A stretch of 64,000 bases of DNA, taken from Marinicella sp. (lineage in GTDB: Bacteria; Pseudomonadota; Gammaproteobacteria; Xanthomonadales; Marinicellaceae). Below, piece by piece: positions 52,267 through 62,747 of the stretch; positions within the stretch are counted from its first letter, which is position 1, and each line of letters opens with the position of its first letter. A model generated the notes under the pieces. That model had not been told where the DNA came from and searched no databases. It was given only the letters and a program-made list of their open reading frames with translations. The DNA lies in assembly GCA_965230295.1 (NCBI GenBank), contig OZ246001.1:1792001-1856000 (forward strand), in the 5' to 3' direction. The translations under genes were made by a program, and so were the position numbers.

Positions 52267-52432
52267 GTAAAAACCTTCCTCTGATCAGTTAAACAAATAG
52301 TTTTTTGAGACAATAAAAGGACATGTTGTAATAGTTTCAGCTTTTATGGTCATCAAAGTATCCACGATCAAGCAATTTAACACAGCGACTTGGTTAAGCC
52401 TACTTTTTTAAGTACGATGAATGAACGTAATC

Positions 52433-53530
52433 TTAAATTTGTCGAACACAAAACTCAGGAGTGAGGTGGTCGACCCCAGCACGATTTATATGACTGTTGG
52501 CTTCTTCAGACTTCGTTTTCAAGACCGCAAACATCATGGTGGGTTTGATGGTTCCAGAATAAATGTGTTTTTCATCGGTTTCATGTATGGCATCTATGAA
52601 TGATAAATCATCAGGGTCATTCACATCAAAGTTGGGTCCAAATGGCCGGTCGATAAAAATCATTACAATGTTGGCAAACGGAATGAACAGGTCGAACTCA
52701 AATCGCTCAATCATCAATGGCAGCACATCTTGGGCGCGTATGCCTTCAAAGCCCTCACTGGAACAGTCGTGGTTGATGAACTTCTTTTCCAAGCGTTGCA
52801 TCGCATGGTTGTACATATATTTTTTGGGCATTTTGCGCCATATGTCTTCGATCAACGTGACGGCTTCGGGCCATCTTTGGTGGCCATTCCGGCCGATCAC
52901 ATCTGAGGTGATGAATTTTCCATGCTCAGTCAGTGCCAATTTGATGTTGTCATATAAGTGTTCGAGTTCGACCACATGGTGTAGGCTTTGATTGGCAATG
53001 ATGAGGTCATAGGATTTATGGGCTTGCCATTTGTTGAAGTCGGCTTGAAGAAAGGTCATTTTATCTGCCACCCCTTGTTCTGAGGCACGCTGTAAACCAC
53101 GATCAAACATAGCTTGGTTGATGTCCATGCATTCTATGATGAAGTTTTGGTATCCCTGTTTGGTTAAGTTTTTCGCCAACAACACTTCGGCGTCGCAATT
53201 ACCGGCGCCAATACTTAATATGGTGGTGTTACCCTGATTGTTTTTGATCGCTTGTATGGCATATTTTAAGAAGAATTCATCTGGGTTATTAAAGCCATGT
53301 TGAGTCAATTTGGGCACCAAATATTTGTTGGACCAATAATGAAAGATTTCTGGCAGGTCATTGACCTCTATTTCATCATTGAATCGGGTGATTTCATCAT
53401 GCAGGTGGTCTTTATAGGTTTTTGGGGCAGGCTTAAAAAACAGCTTGATGACCCAATGATAAATAGGCCTGAGCAATGCCTTGATGGGTTTTGGCATCAA
53501 GCGCTTTACTGTCTCAATGAAACCAGCCAT
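52433..53530 (-). CDS. Class I SAM-dependent methyltransferase
   Basis: ILSIGAGNC, QADFN, NQSLHHV, EGIRAQDV. Confidence 0.85.
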   Translation of the reverse strand: MAGFIETVKRLMPKPIKALLRPIYHWVIKLFFKPAPKTYKDHLHDEITRFNDEIEVNDLPEIFHYWSNKYLVPKLTQHGFNNPDEFFLKYAIQAIKNNQGNTTILSIGAGNCDAEVLLAKNLTKQGYQNFIIECMDINQAMFDRGLQRASEQGVADKMTFLQADFNKWQAHKSYDLIIANQSLHHVVELEHLYDNIKLALTEHGKFITSDVIGRNGHQRWPEAVTLIEDIWRKMPKKYMYNHAMQRLEKKFINHDCSSEGFEGIRAQDVLPLMIERFEFDLFIPFANIVMIFIDRPFGPNFDVNDPDDLSFIDAIHETDEKHIYSGTIKPTMMFAVLKTKSEEANSHINRAGVDHLTPEFCVRQI

Positions 53531-54465
53531 CAGTCTTGGGATGGCGGTTGAAACTCATCAACCAGATAAATGGGTCTTTGCTTGCTTTCATTAAACATGC
53601 GGCCCAAGTATTCACCAATGATTCCCAGCGCTGTCAGTTGGATGCCGCCTAAAAACAAGATCACCACCATCAGGGATGGGTAGCCAGGGACATCACTGCC
53701 TAATATCAGGGTTTTGGCAATGATCACGGCCCCATAGATAAAGGCAAATATAGCCACGGTCATACCAATCCAAGTGGCAAAACGCAGTGGCATGTAACTG
53801 AAAGAAGTGATGCCATCCAAAGCAAAACGCCAGAGTTTGCCATAATTCCATTTGGTTTCACCAGCCGCTCTGGGCTCTCGTTCAAAATACAGCTGTTTTT
53901 GTTTGTAACCAACCCAGGCGAACAAACCTTTCATGAACCGGTTTCTTTCACGCAGTTTATTAACCGCTGTGTAGGCTTTCTTTGACATCAACCGGTAATC
54001 ACCGGTGTCTTTGGGGATGTCAATCTTGCTCATTGAGTTGATGATACGGTAGAACATGTTGGCGGTGGCTTTTTTGGTGGCTGATTCGCCGTGTCTGACT
54101 TTGCGGGTGGCATACACCACATCAAAACCGCTGTGCCAAGCTGCGATCATCTCAGGAATCAGTTCTGGTGGGTCCTGTAAATCAACATCAATCACCACTG
54201 CGGCATCGGCTGATGCATGATCCAGGCCTGCTGTCAGCGCATATTCTTTGCCAAAATTTCGACTCAAAGACAAGTAACCAAAGTTGCTGGCAGCCTCATG
54301 CATGTTGCGCATAACCTGTAAACTGTCATCGTCAGAGCCGTCATCAACAAAAATAACCCGCCACTGTACGTCACAAGATTGCATCACGGCAGTGATCCGC
54401 TCTTGAAACAAAGGGAGCACGTCTTGTTCATTATAAACAGGCACAATGATGTCTACAGATGGCAT
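53530..54465 (-). CDS. GT2 polyprenyl-phosphate glycosyltransferase (GtrB/YkcC-like)
   Basis: VPVYNE, VDDGSDD, SRNFGKE, DVDLQDPP, GDYRLM, two C-terminal TM helices, GEYLGR. Confidence 0.92.
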   Translation of the reverse strand: MPSVDIIVPVYNEQDVLPLFQERITAVMQSCDVQWRVIFVDDGSDDDSLQVMRNMHEAASNFGYLSLSRNFGKEYALTAGLDHASADAAVVIDVDLQDPPELIPEMIAAWHSGFDVVYATRKVRHGESATKKATANMFYRIINSMSKIDIPKDTGDYRLMSKKAYTAVNKLRERNRFMKGLFAWVGYKQKQLYFEREPRAAGETKWNYGKLWRFALDGITSFSYMPLRFATWIGMTVAIFAFIYGAVIIAKTLILGSDVPGYPSLMVVILFLGGIQLTALGIIGEYLGRMFNESKQRPIYLVDEFQPPSQD

Positions 54466-54525
54466 AAATAAGCAAGGGTTAAAAAGGGTATTTTAACTAA
54501 TTAGTGCAATCATTGTTGCGATTCT

Positions 54526-54888
54526 TTATGGACGGATGAATTTGATTTGTATCTTCAATAGATAAAAGGTAACCCAACCCAGCAGCACACCGGTTACATT
54601 CATGACCCAATCCAGCCACTCCAAATACCGGTATGGTGTTAGGCTTTGTAGGAATTCGAGCACTGTGCCCAGTAGCACAAAACCAATGATGATGTGCCAG
54701 GTTTTGTTAGGATAAACATGAAAAAACCAATAACTAAGTACCCAATAGGTGCACAAGTGCAGCAACTTATCACCGCCTTGCACTTGGATGTTGGTTTCAG
54801 GCAAGCGCACCAAAGAAAGCATCACTACAGCAGCCACCATCAACCAGCCAAGGCTTCGGGTCAAGCGCAGTTTGTTTGCTGCATTCAT
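54526..54888 (-). CDS. VanZ-like family membrane protein
   Basis: DKLLH...Y, LEFLQ...R...D...N..G pattern; ATGA overlap at 54885-54888. Confidence 0.8.
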   Translation of the reverse strand: MNAANKLRLTRSLGWLMVAAVVMLSLVRLPETNIQVQGGDKLLHLCTYWVLSYWFFHVYPNKTWHIIIGFVLLGTVLEFLQSLTPYRYLEWLDWVMNVTGVLLGWVTFYLLKIQIKFIRP

Positions 54889-55973
54889 GAGTCTAACCAA
54901 CGGGTATAAGCTGCGTGCAAGTCTTGCCAATGGCATCGAATGTCTGCCGTTTGAAGTTGATCCAGTTTTTGTAGTTTTTGATAAATGGCTTGGGCCTCTT
55001 TTTTGGGGTTGCCTGGGGTTGAATTATACCGGTTGCTATCAGGATAAAGCTCGGGATAAACCAAGCGGTCGGGTACCAAAGGTAAGCAGCCACAAGCAGC
55101 AGCCTCCAGTACAGCCAGGCCCTGAAAGTCGTGTAAGGCGGTTGATAAAACCACATCGGCAGACTGTAAAATTTTAAGGTACTGGTCCCTCGATTCTATA
55201 AAACCCAGACTTAAACATTGGTCGCTGTGTTGTTCCTTGATGGTTTGCATGGTGGCGGGTTGTTCTCTGAATTGTTGTCCTATTATGTGAAATCGGATCG
55301 GCTTGGTGGTCGGCGATTTGTGCTGACAAAAATACAATAATTTGAGCAAGGTTTCAGGACCCTTGTCATGTTCCCAGCGGTGGTTCCATACAACTTCGGT
55401 GTATGGTTTTATCGATGTCTTGCTTGATCGATTGGGCTGGCAGTCATCGGCCAAGGGAACTGCCAAGACGGTTGATTTGGCAGCCAATTGATTTTCCAGG
55501 TTGTTAGGAATGCCATCTGGCATTTGTTTGATGAAACCTGATAAACCGGCAAAGAAGCTGTCGCGATTGAATTCAGAATTAAATGTAATTTGATCGGCAA
55601 CCATCGCCGAATACAAACTGCGCATTTGTATCTCTTTCAGGCCTTGTTGTTTGTGGTTGACCGGGTAAGCAAACTGGTTCTCATGGAAATAAAGCAGATT
55701 TGGAATTTTGGCCAAGTGAGGATACATGCCGCGTAAGGTGGCCAAATCTTTCATCGATGTGGCAATCAACAAATCATAATCGGCTTGTAAAAGATCATTG
55801 TATTCGGCTTTGAAATTCAGGGCATTGCCGCCCATACGCCAAGCAAAAAAACGGTCCTTTAAAGTCAAGACTACCCAGTCATGCTGGCCAAATTGAGACA
55901 CCAATTGCTCACGCCAAAACCGGTGAGAACGGGCGTCATAAGCAGACAACAGCAGAATGCGTTTGGATTTCAT
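54885..55973 (-). CDS. DUF3524 / GTDC1 (QTMAN)-like glycosyltransferase
   Basis: AWRMGG, YFHENQFAYP, WNHRWEHDKGPE, HDFQGLAVLEA, PDRLVYPE. Confidence 0.85.
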   Translation of the reverse strand: MKSKRILLLSAYDARSHRFWREQLVSQFGQHDWVVLTLKDRFFAWRMGGNALNFKAEYNDLLQADYDLLIATSMKDLATLRGMYPHLAKIPNLLYFHENQFAYPVNHKQQGLKEIQMRSLYSAMVADQITFNSEFNRDSFFAGLSGFIKQMPDGIPNNLENQLAAKSTVLAVPLADDCQPNRSSKTSIKPYTEVVWNHRWEHDKGPETLLKLLYFCQHKSPTTKPIRFHIIGQQFREQPATMQTIKEQHSDQCLSLGFIESRDQYLKILQSADVVLSTALHDFQGLAVLEAAACGCLPLVPDRLVYPELYPDSNRYNSTPGNPKKEAQAIYQKLQKLDQLQTADIRCHWQDLHAAYTRWLDS

Positions 55974-56098
55974 TTTCTGCGGTTGTCGCCACACATTAGA
56001 TGAATTGTTTTATCTTTCAACACGCCACCCTGGTTGGTAAAGCGAAGCTTTATCAGTAGGGTATGCGAAATCAGTTCAAGCATGCCCTTGGGACTTCA

Positions 56099-58003
56099 TC
56101 ATTTGTTTTTGATGTCTTCTTTCAGTCGATCGACAAAACCCATCACCGCTTCTTGGGCCGTTTCAGTGGCATTCAAACTGGTGTACTGCAGTTCTGAGCC
56201 ATAACCGGTTCCAATTGAATCGCCTGATGACAAGTCATAGCTGTCGACGTCTAACTGGGCGCTGACCATGATCGAAGAGCGGCCATAATATTCCAGTGTT
56301 TGTTGTCCAACATGGTTTACATTGGCAATGATCATGGCTTCTCCGCCGTAAGCATCTAACTTGCTTTTGATCGCTGCCAAATCAACACCCTGAGACATGG
56401 CCTGAGCCATGCCAGGAACGAATTGCTCATTCAATACTTTGATGTTGTCACGTTTGAGTTCAGCTTCCAGAATTTTTTCAATCGGATTGGCCACCGCTGG
56501 GTCACCAAATACCAACACCGCAACGCCTTTGTCTTTCTTCATCACCTTGGGTTTTCGGATCACCGGTGTGGATTTTTTTTCAATAAAAGCATCGACACTT
56601 TTGTTGGCATGATCAACAGCCGCCAGAGTGGTGGTCTGGGTTTGGGCTTGTTGCTGATCAATTTTGGCTTGGTTGATCACTGAATCAGCAAGGTTCGGAT
56701 TGGTCGTTGTTTGGACCAAATCATGACCAGGGTTAACACCCGCATCATTGCTTGTTGTCACCTGGCCTGGATCAACTTGCTGGTTGTTATCACTGTCCTC
56801 TTGAGCCAGCTGCGCATTCATGTCATCGCTGATTTGAGCCAGTTCTTCTTTGGATTTCAAATTGACATCATCCAATTGCATGTTGTCAGCACTTTTACCC
56901 AGTAAAGTCATTGGTTGAGTTTGGTTGGATTGGTCATCAACTTTGTTGCCAAATGGTGAAGGAATAAAGCCTTCATATATCCCGACAGCACCAACACCAA
57001 CAGCCAAAACCAATGACAATACAGTCCAAGCCAACTTGTTGGACTTCCTTTTGGTTTTTGGCACCATGGTTTCCAATGTTGCGGCAGCTTGCATGGTCAC
57101 TTGCTGTGACACATTGGCTTTTTTCTTTTCGGGTTTGACCGATACCGCTTGCTTTTTGATGTCCTCCAAACTCAAATCTATGGTTGAAGGTCCCAATTGC
57201 CTGATCACTTCTTGGCATGATTGACAGCGTTCCTCTGGATTCTTGGCAATCATTTTTTCTAAGATGTAACTGGTTTTCTTGTCGACTTTTTTGTTGATCT
57301 CACGGATGTCTGGGATTTCTGCCTGAACCACTTCCAGCATCAGGCCCAATGGGCTGTCATTTTCGAATGGCACTTTGCCGGCCAGCATTTCATAAAACAC
57401 GATGCCCAAGGCAAAAATGTCCGAACGTGCATCGACTTCTTTACCGGTACACACTTCAGGAGAAAGGTAGCCAGGTGTGCCAACGAATTCACCAGTATTG
57501 GTTAATTTGTCACCGTACTCTCTGGTTTGAGCGATGCCAAAATCAACCACTTTAACGGTGCCATCATCACAGATCATCAGGTTAGCGGGTTTGATGTCTC
57601 GATGTACCAGATCACGCTCATGAGCCACCGCTAATCCGGCACAGGCCTGACGCAGGATTTCTTTGGCATGCGGAACAGTCAACACACTGTTACCACGCAA
57701 CAGGTCGTCCAAAGAAACGCCTTCAATAAACTCCATGGCAAAATAAGGTTGTTTCTCTTCCATACCAATGAAATACACTTGTATCACATTGGGATGATTG
57801 ATCGCTGCCATACTTTTGGCTTCACGGGTAAACCGCTCGATCAAACCTTCATCCCCCAACAAGTGTTCGCCCAATGCTTTGATGGCTACATGCCTGTTCA
57901 ATGAGGGTTCCCAGGCCTTATATACCACACCCATGCCGCCCCTGCCTAATTCAGATACGACTTCATAATGACCAAATTTCTTATTCATAATATTTTCCGA
58001 CAT
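56099..58003 (-). CDS. Hanks-type Ser/Thr protein kinase with TM helix and extracytoplasmic domain
   Basis: GRGGMGVVY, VAIK, HRDIKPAN, DFGIA, GTPGYLSPE; TM WTVLSLVLAVGVGAVGI; exact start uncertain. Confidence 0.93.
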   Translation of the reverse strand: MSENIMNKKFGHYEVVSELGRGGMGVVYKAWEPSLNRHVAIKALGEHLLGDEGLIERFTREAKSMAAINHPNVIQVYFIGMEEKQPYFAMEFIEGVSLDDLLRGNSVLTVPHAKEILRQACAGLAVAHERDLVHRDIKPANLMICDDGTVKVVDFGIAQTREYGDKLTNTGEFVGTPGYLSPEVCTGKEVDARSDIFALGIVFYEMLAGKVPFENDSPLGLMLEVVQAEIPDIREINKKVDKKTSYILEKMIAKNPEERCQSCQEVIRQLGPSTIDLSLEDIKKQAVSVKPEKKKANVSQQVTMQAAATLETMVPKTKRKSNKLAWTVLSLVLAVGVGAVGIYEGFIPSPFGNKVDDQSNQTQPMTLLGKSADNMQLDDVNLKSKEELAQISDDMNAQLAQEDSDNNQQVDPGQVTTSNDAGVNPGHDLVQTTTNPNLADSVINQAKIDQQQAQTQTTTLAAVDHANKSVDAFIEKKSTPVIRKPKVMKKDKGVAVLVFGDPAVANPIEKILEAELKRDNIKVLNEQFVPGMAQAMSQGVDLAAIKSKLDAYGGEAMIIANVNHVGQQTLEYYGRSSIMVSAQLDVDSYDLSSGDSIGTGYGSELQYTSLNATETAQEAVMGFVDRLKEDIKNK

Positions 58004-58099
58004 AGTCTTATCCCGCCCCAATAGTCTCGGTTTTTATTTTTCGAGCTTATATTGTAAACATGCGGTTTGAATATGAGCTTAACCCAAAAACCCGAGTTT

Positions 58100-58115
58100 T
58101 GTGAAGCAGATCACT
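58100..58115. promoter_or_regulatory. CRP/Clp/Vfr-like binding site
   Basis: TGTGA-agcaga-TCACT, one mismatch to TGTGA-N6-TCACA, in the divergent kinase/aspS gap. Confidence 0.5.
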
Positions 58116-58223
58116 TTTTAATCGCCATATTTGGCCATTTATAGGCACAAATAGGTGTTATCTGTACACCTTGTTAAGGTAAAATTGCCTGCTTTTTTAA
58201 AGAAACTTGAAGGTTTAAATAGC

Positions 58224-59999
58224 ATGCGGAATGAATTTTGTGGTCAGGTCACGGAAAAATACCTGGATCAACAAGTTGAAGTCTGTGGTTGGGTCGGCAA
58301 TCGACGCGACCATGGGGGCGTCATATTCATTGATTTAAGAGACCACACGGGCTTGGTTCAGGTGGTGGTTGAACCTGATAATGAAGCGGCATTTAAGATT
58401 GCTGACAGTGCCCGTTATGAGTACTGTTTGCGCGTCAAAGGTACCGTAAGAAATCGGCCAGAAGGTCAAAACAATGATAAATTAGCCACTGGTCAAATTG
58501 AAGTGGTTGTGGATGAATACCACGTCTTGAATCCGTCTAAACCTTTGCCCTTTATGTTGGACGAGCACCCGGGTGAAAACATCCGCCTGCAATACCGCTA
58601 CTTGGACCTCAGACGCGACAACATGCAACACAACATGCGCTTGCGTTCGAAGTTAACCCACGCCTTGCGCAATCAGCTGCATCAGCAAGACTTCTTAGAC
58701 ATTGAAACACCGGTTTTGACCAAAGCAACGCCTGAAGGAGCGCGTGACTTTTTGGTGCCATCCAGGATGAATGCCGGCCAGTTTTATGCCATGCCACAAT
58801 CGCCACAACTGTTCAAACAATTGTTGATGATGTCCGGGATGGATCGTTATTATCAAATTGCGCGGTGTTTCCGTGATGAAGACTTGCGTGCCGATCGCCA
58901 GCCTGAGTTCACCCAATTGGATATTGAGATGGCTTTTGTCGAGCAAGAAGATGTGTTGCAAATGGCAGAAAACCTGATCCGCAACACCTTCAAGGAAGTC
59001 ATGGATGTTGAGTTAGCAAACCCATTCCCACGCATGACCTATGCTGAAGCCATGCGCCGCTATGGCTCTGACAAGCCAGATTTGCGCATCGATTTGGAAT
59101 TAGTGGATGTGGCTGACGCGGTGAAAGATTCTGAATTTAAAGTGTTCTCAGCACCAGCCAATGACCCCAATGGCCGTGTGGCGGTGTTGAAAGTGCCTCA
59201 AGGTGGGGCCAACTTCACCCGCAAACAAATTGATGAATACGAGCCATATGCCCGCCGTTTTGGTGCCCGTGGTTTGGCTTGGATCAAGGTCAATGACAAG
59301 TCTGCAGGTAAAGAAGGCTTACAATCACCCATTGTTAAATTCCTCAGTGACGATGCTTTGGCTGGAATTTTGTCAGCAACCGCAGCTGACAATGGCGATC
59401 TGTTGTTCTTCGGTGCTGGTAAATACAATGAAGTGAGCCAGTTTATGGGTGCTTTGCGTTTGAAAGTGGGTCAAGACATTGGACAAGTCAGTGATACATG
59501 GGAGCCCTTGTGGGTGGTTGATTTTCCGATGTTTGAGTACAACGATGATGAAAACCGGTGGGACGCATTGCATCACCCATTCACCGCACCGACAGGCTCT
59601 GTTGAAGCATTGAAAAGCAACCCGGGCGAAGCTTTGTCAAAAGGCTATGACATGGTGATGAATGGCGTGGAATTGGGTGGTGGCTCGATCCGTATTCATG
59701 ACCAGCAAATGCAATCATCGGTGCTTGAGTTATTGGGCATCAGTGAACAGCAAGCCGAAGAAAAATTTGGTTTCCTGTTAGAAGCACTGCAATTTGGTTG
59801 TCCCCCACATGGCGGCATTGCTTTCGGTGTTGATCGCATGGCCGCATTGTTGTGTGGTGAAGAATCGATCCGTGAGGTGATTGCCTTCCCGAAAACCTCC
59901 AGTGGTCATTGTCCATTAACCAGCGCCCCATCAGTCATTGACCCCGAACAACTGGCTGAGGTCCATGTTCAGGTCATTGAACCTGAAACGGATGACTGA
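58224..59999 (+). CDS. aspS: Aspartate--tRNA ligase (probably non-discriminating)
   Basis: [45 protein letters not shown]; start at ATG 58224. Confidence 0.98.
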   Translation: MRNEFCGQVTEKYLDQQVEVCGWVGNRRDHGGVIFIDLRDHTGLVQVVVEPDNEAAFKIADSARYEYCLRVKGTVRNRPEGQNNDKLATGQIEVVVDEYHVLNPSKPLPFMLDEHPGENIRLQYRYLDLRRDNMQHNMRLRSKLTHALRNQLHQQDFLDIETPVLTKATPEGARDFLVPSRMNAGQFYAMPQSPQLFKQLLMMSGMDRYYQIARCFRDEDLRADRQPEFTQLDIEMAFVEQEDVLQMAENLIRNTFKEVMDVELANPFPRMTYAEAMRRYGSDKPDLRIDLELVDVADAVKDSEFKVFSAPANDPNGRVAVLKVPQGGANFTRKQIDEYEPYARRFGARGLAWIKVNDKSAGKEGLQSPIVKFLSDDALAGILSATAADNGDLLFFGAGKYNEVSQFMGALRLKVGQDIGQVSDTWEPLWVVDFPMFEYNDDENRWDALHHPFTAPTGSVEALKSNPGEALSKGYDMVMNGVELGGGSIRIHDQQMQSSVLELLGISEQQAEEKFGFLLEALQFGCPPHGGIAFGVDRMAALLCGEESIREVIAFPKTSSGHCPLTSAPSVIDPEQLAEVHVQVIEPETDD

Positions 60000-60606
60000 A
60001 TCACAACAAGAAGCTGTTGTATTGGTCCATGGCTTGTACATGAAGCCATGGACCTGGATTTCCTACCGCCGATTCTTGACCCGACAAGGGTATCGTGTCT
60101 ATACTTTTGGCTATAAAACAACCCGCCAACCCTTTGCATTGACCTTGATGAAATTGGTGGCCTTTGTCAATTCCCGCCACGAACAAACCGTGCATCTGGT
60201 GGTGCATTCAATGGGTGGTATTTTAAGTATGCGTGCCTTACCCAAAATCACCAAACCAGGCAAAATGGTGATGCTGGGTTCACCAGTCAAAGGTTCCAAA
60301 GTGGCCAAAAAACTCAAGCACATGGGCTGGCACAAAGGCTTGTTGAACCACGCCACAGAGCCTTTAACTGCCGGCCTGGTCGATGCGGTCAAACAAAGAG
60401 ACACCTTGATGATTGCTGGCACTTCGCCTTATGGTTTGGGTCGCTTCATAGAGCCGAAGTTGGGTCCCAGTGATGGAACGGTGGCGGTGCATGAAACCCA
60501 GGCAGAGTGGCTGGATGAACACCGTGAAATTCACAGCAGCCACTTCGGTTTGTTGCGCAACAAACAAGCCCAAGCCATGACTTTGGAGTTTTTACAAGAA
60601 ACATAA
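59992..60606 (+). CDS. Alpha/beta hydrolase (small lipase-like)
   Basis: LVHGL, VHSMGG nucleophile elbow, SDGTV, SHFGL. Confidence 0.85.
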   Translation: MTESQQEAVVLVHGLYMKPWTWISYRRFLTRQGYRVYTFGYKTTRQPFALTLMKLVAFVNSRHEQTVHLVVHSMGGILSMRALPKITKPGKMVMLGSPVKGSKVAKKLKHMGWHKGLLNHATEPLTAGLVDAVKQRDTLMIAGTSPYGLGRFIEPKLGPSDGTVAVHETQAEWLDEHREIHSSHFGLLRNKQAQAMTLEFLQET

Positions 60607-60703
60607 TCTGGCTCAAAACAAGTTTGTCATCTGTTACTTTAATTCACAAACGCTGATTCACTGATTTGCTACAATGCTGGGTTTTAAACTCAAGAGTGTT
60701 GTT

Positions 60704-61555
60704 ATGGACCAAAGAGAAGTTTCTTTTGTTGAACAAATCAAAGCCTACATCGGCGACTTTTTTAACAATCCGGAAGCCATGATTGGCATCCTGAAAGGCC
60801 TGATTTTGGCATTGTTGATTTTTTGGATTGGTCGTCGCGTGGCCAAATGGGTGTCCAATATGGTGGCCAAAGGATTGACCAAAACGGGCAATGACCCTAT
60901 TTTAGTCAATTTTCTGAAAAACCTGGTCTACTATGTGATTCTGGCCGCTGTGATCATCATGGCATTGGGTCAATTGGGGGTACAGACCACATCGTTGATT
61001 GCAGTGATGGGTGCAGCTGGTCTGGCCATAGGCTTGGCCTTGAAAGATTCTTTGTCAAACTTTGCATCGGGTGTGATGCTGGTGATGTTCAGGCCGTTTA
61101 AATTGGGCGATGTGGTTGAAGTGGCCGGCGTGACTGGCAAGGTGCAAGAAATTCGTATTTTCAGTACCATCATCAATACCCCTGATCAAAAAGAAATGAT
61201 CGTGCCCAATGGACTCATTACTGCTGATGTGATCACCAACTACACGGCCCAAAAAACCCGCAGGGTGGATTTGGTGATTGGTGTCAGTTATGACGATGAC
61301 ATCAAACAAGCCAAGCAAATCATCGAAGAAACAGTGACCGCGCACGCTTTGGTACTGCAAGATCCTGCGCCGACCATCATGCTGTTGGAATTGGCTGATT
61401 CAAGTGTCAACTTTGCAGTCAGACCTTGGTGTAAAACTGATGACTATTGGACGGTATATGGTGATTTGTTGGAGCAATTAAAATACAACCTGGAAGCCGG
61501 TGGATGCAGTTTCCCTTACCCTCAAACGGATGTGCATTTACACAAAGTCAGTTAA
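60704..61555 (+). CDS. mscS: Small-conductance mechanosensitive channel
   Basis: GAAGLAIGLAL, SNFASG, RPFKLGD, VPNG, FPYPQ; start at 60704 because TGCTACAAT (extended -10, 60667-60675) overlaps the earlier ATG. Confidence 0.92.
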   Translation: MDQREVSFVEQIKAYIGDFFNNPEAMIGILKGLILALLIFWIGRRVAKWVSNMVAKGLTKTGNDPILVNFLKNLVYYVILAAVIIMALGQLGVQTTSLIAVMGAAGLAIGLALKDSLSNFASGVMLVMFRPFKLGDVVEVAGVTGKVQEIRIFSTIINTPDQKEMIVPNGLITADVITNYTAQKTRRVDLVIGVSYDDDIKQAKQIIEETVTAHALVLQDPAPTIMLLELADSSVNFAVRPWCKTDDYWTVYGDLLEQLKYNLEAGGCSFPYPQTDVHLHKVS

Positions 61556-61575
61556 GTCTGAATGCAGAGATGAAC

Positions 61576-61603
61576 AAAAGGCTGGATTCGTTCAGCCTTT
61601 TTT
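61576..61603. terminator. Bidirectional intrinsic terminator
   Basis: aaaaggctgga-ttcg-ttcagcctttttt between convergent genes. Confidence 0.85.
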
Positions 61604-62339
61604 ATTTTCTGGCCACAGCGACTAAGCGTTCGGCAGCCAAATCATAATCATCCTTGTTGAGGGAGCCATATATTTCAACCTGCTTAAAACCGGCTTTGAT
61701 TAGCATTGCTGTCAATTCTTCAGCAGAATAAACATAGTGTTCATATTCCCAGCGGTGGGCTTGATTGTCTCTTACCAGAATCCATTCGTTGGAATAAATA
61801 CGCATGTTATCGGTCAACAAAGGTCGTTCAAACCTTAAGTCACCGTTGTCGTATTCGGTGCAGTGAACCGGTTCAATGGCATGCGCTGCTTGCTCCTTGC
61901 CAAAGGTGTCAATCACCAAGGTTCCGGAAGGGTTCAGCCACTGGCAGGCGTTGTTCAAAACTTGTTGGTTTTCAGCTGGATTGGGATAATAGCCAAAAGA
62001 AGTGAACAGGTTGGTGATCAGGTCGAATTTTTCATTGGGTTGGTAGGCCAACAAGTCACTGTGAACCAGGTTGGCTTCTAACTGTTCTTGATCGATCAGG
62101 TTGGCAGCCTGGTTTAATAAGTAACCACTCAAATCCACACCGGTGATGGTCAGTTTTTTTCTGGCGAAGCCCAATACGTGTCGACCCGGTCCACAGGCCA
62201 AGTCCAACACCGAAGAGACCGGATGGTTGACCAAATCAAGAATTTGCTGGCATTGTTGATTGGCCAGTTGGAAGCTTTCACGATCAAACATACATTCATA
62301 AAAAACTTCCCACATGCTGTTGTTATCAAACCAAGACAT
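61602..62339 (-). CDS. Class I SAM-dependent methyltransferase
   Basis: VLDLACGPGRH, GVDLS, FTSFGY, LNPSG. Confidence 0.9.
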   Translation of the reverse strand: MSWFDNNSMWEVFYECMFDRESFQLANQQCQQILDLVNHPVSSVLDLACGPGRHVLGFARKKLTITGVDLSGYLLNQAANLIDQEQLEANLVHSDLLAYQPNEKFDLITNLFTSFGYYPNPAENQQVLNNACQWLNPSGTLVIDTFGKEQAAHAIEPVHCTEYDNGDLRFERPLLTDNMRIYSNEWILVRDNQAHRWEYEHYVYSAEELTAMLIKAGFKQVEIYGSLNKDDYDLAAERLVAVARK

Positions 62340-62352
62340 GTTTTACTTACCG

Positions 62353-62388
62353 AAAAAAAAAGACACTTTAAAGTAAAAGTGTCTTTTC
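62353..62388 (-). terminator. Intrinsic terminator after yegP
   Basis: Inverted repeat aaaagacacttt...aaagtgtctttt followed by a T-run on the minus strand. Confidence 0.75.
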
Positions 62389-62414
62389 GAATAGTTTTTT
62401 ATCTGAAAGTTCGG

Positions 62415-62747
62415 TTACCTTTCATCAACTACTTTAGCGTCAGCTGCATTCTTAGCCACAGAAGCCATGCCATTTTTACAACCACTGCTGGTTTTATACA
62501 TTTGTGATCGGCCAATTTCCTGGCCATTGTTGGCTTTCAAAACAAAATAGTTACGACCATCTTTGGCTTCACGGCAATCAAATTTAGATTCATCACCGGC
62601 GTTGGCCTTGACTGACTCAATGCCGTTTTCACATCCTGAGGCCGAGCTGTAACCTTGCGATTGTAAAATCACCTCGCCATTACCTGCTTTCAACACAAAA
62701 TAATCTTTTCCATCTTTACCTTTAGTTATACAAAATTTTCCTGCCAT
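62415..62747 (-). CDS. yegP: YegP / DUF1508 family protein
   Basis: Two repeats YFVLKAGNGEVILQSQGY / YFVLKANNGQEIGRSQMY, NGIESVK. Confidence 0.9.
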   Translation of the reverse strand: MAGKFCITKGKDGKDYFVLKAGNGEVILQSQGYSSASGCENGIESVKANAGDESKFDCREAKDGRNYFVLKANNGQEIGRSQMYKTSSGCKNGMASVAKNAADAKVVDER

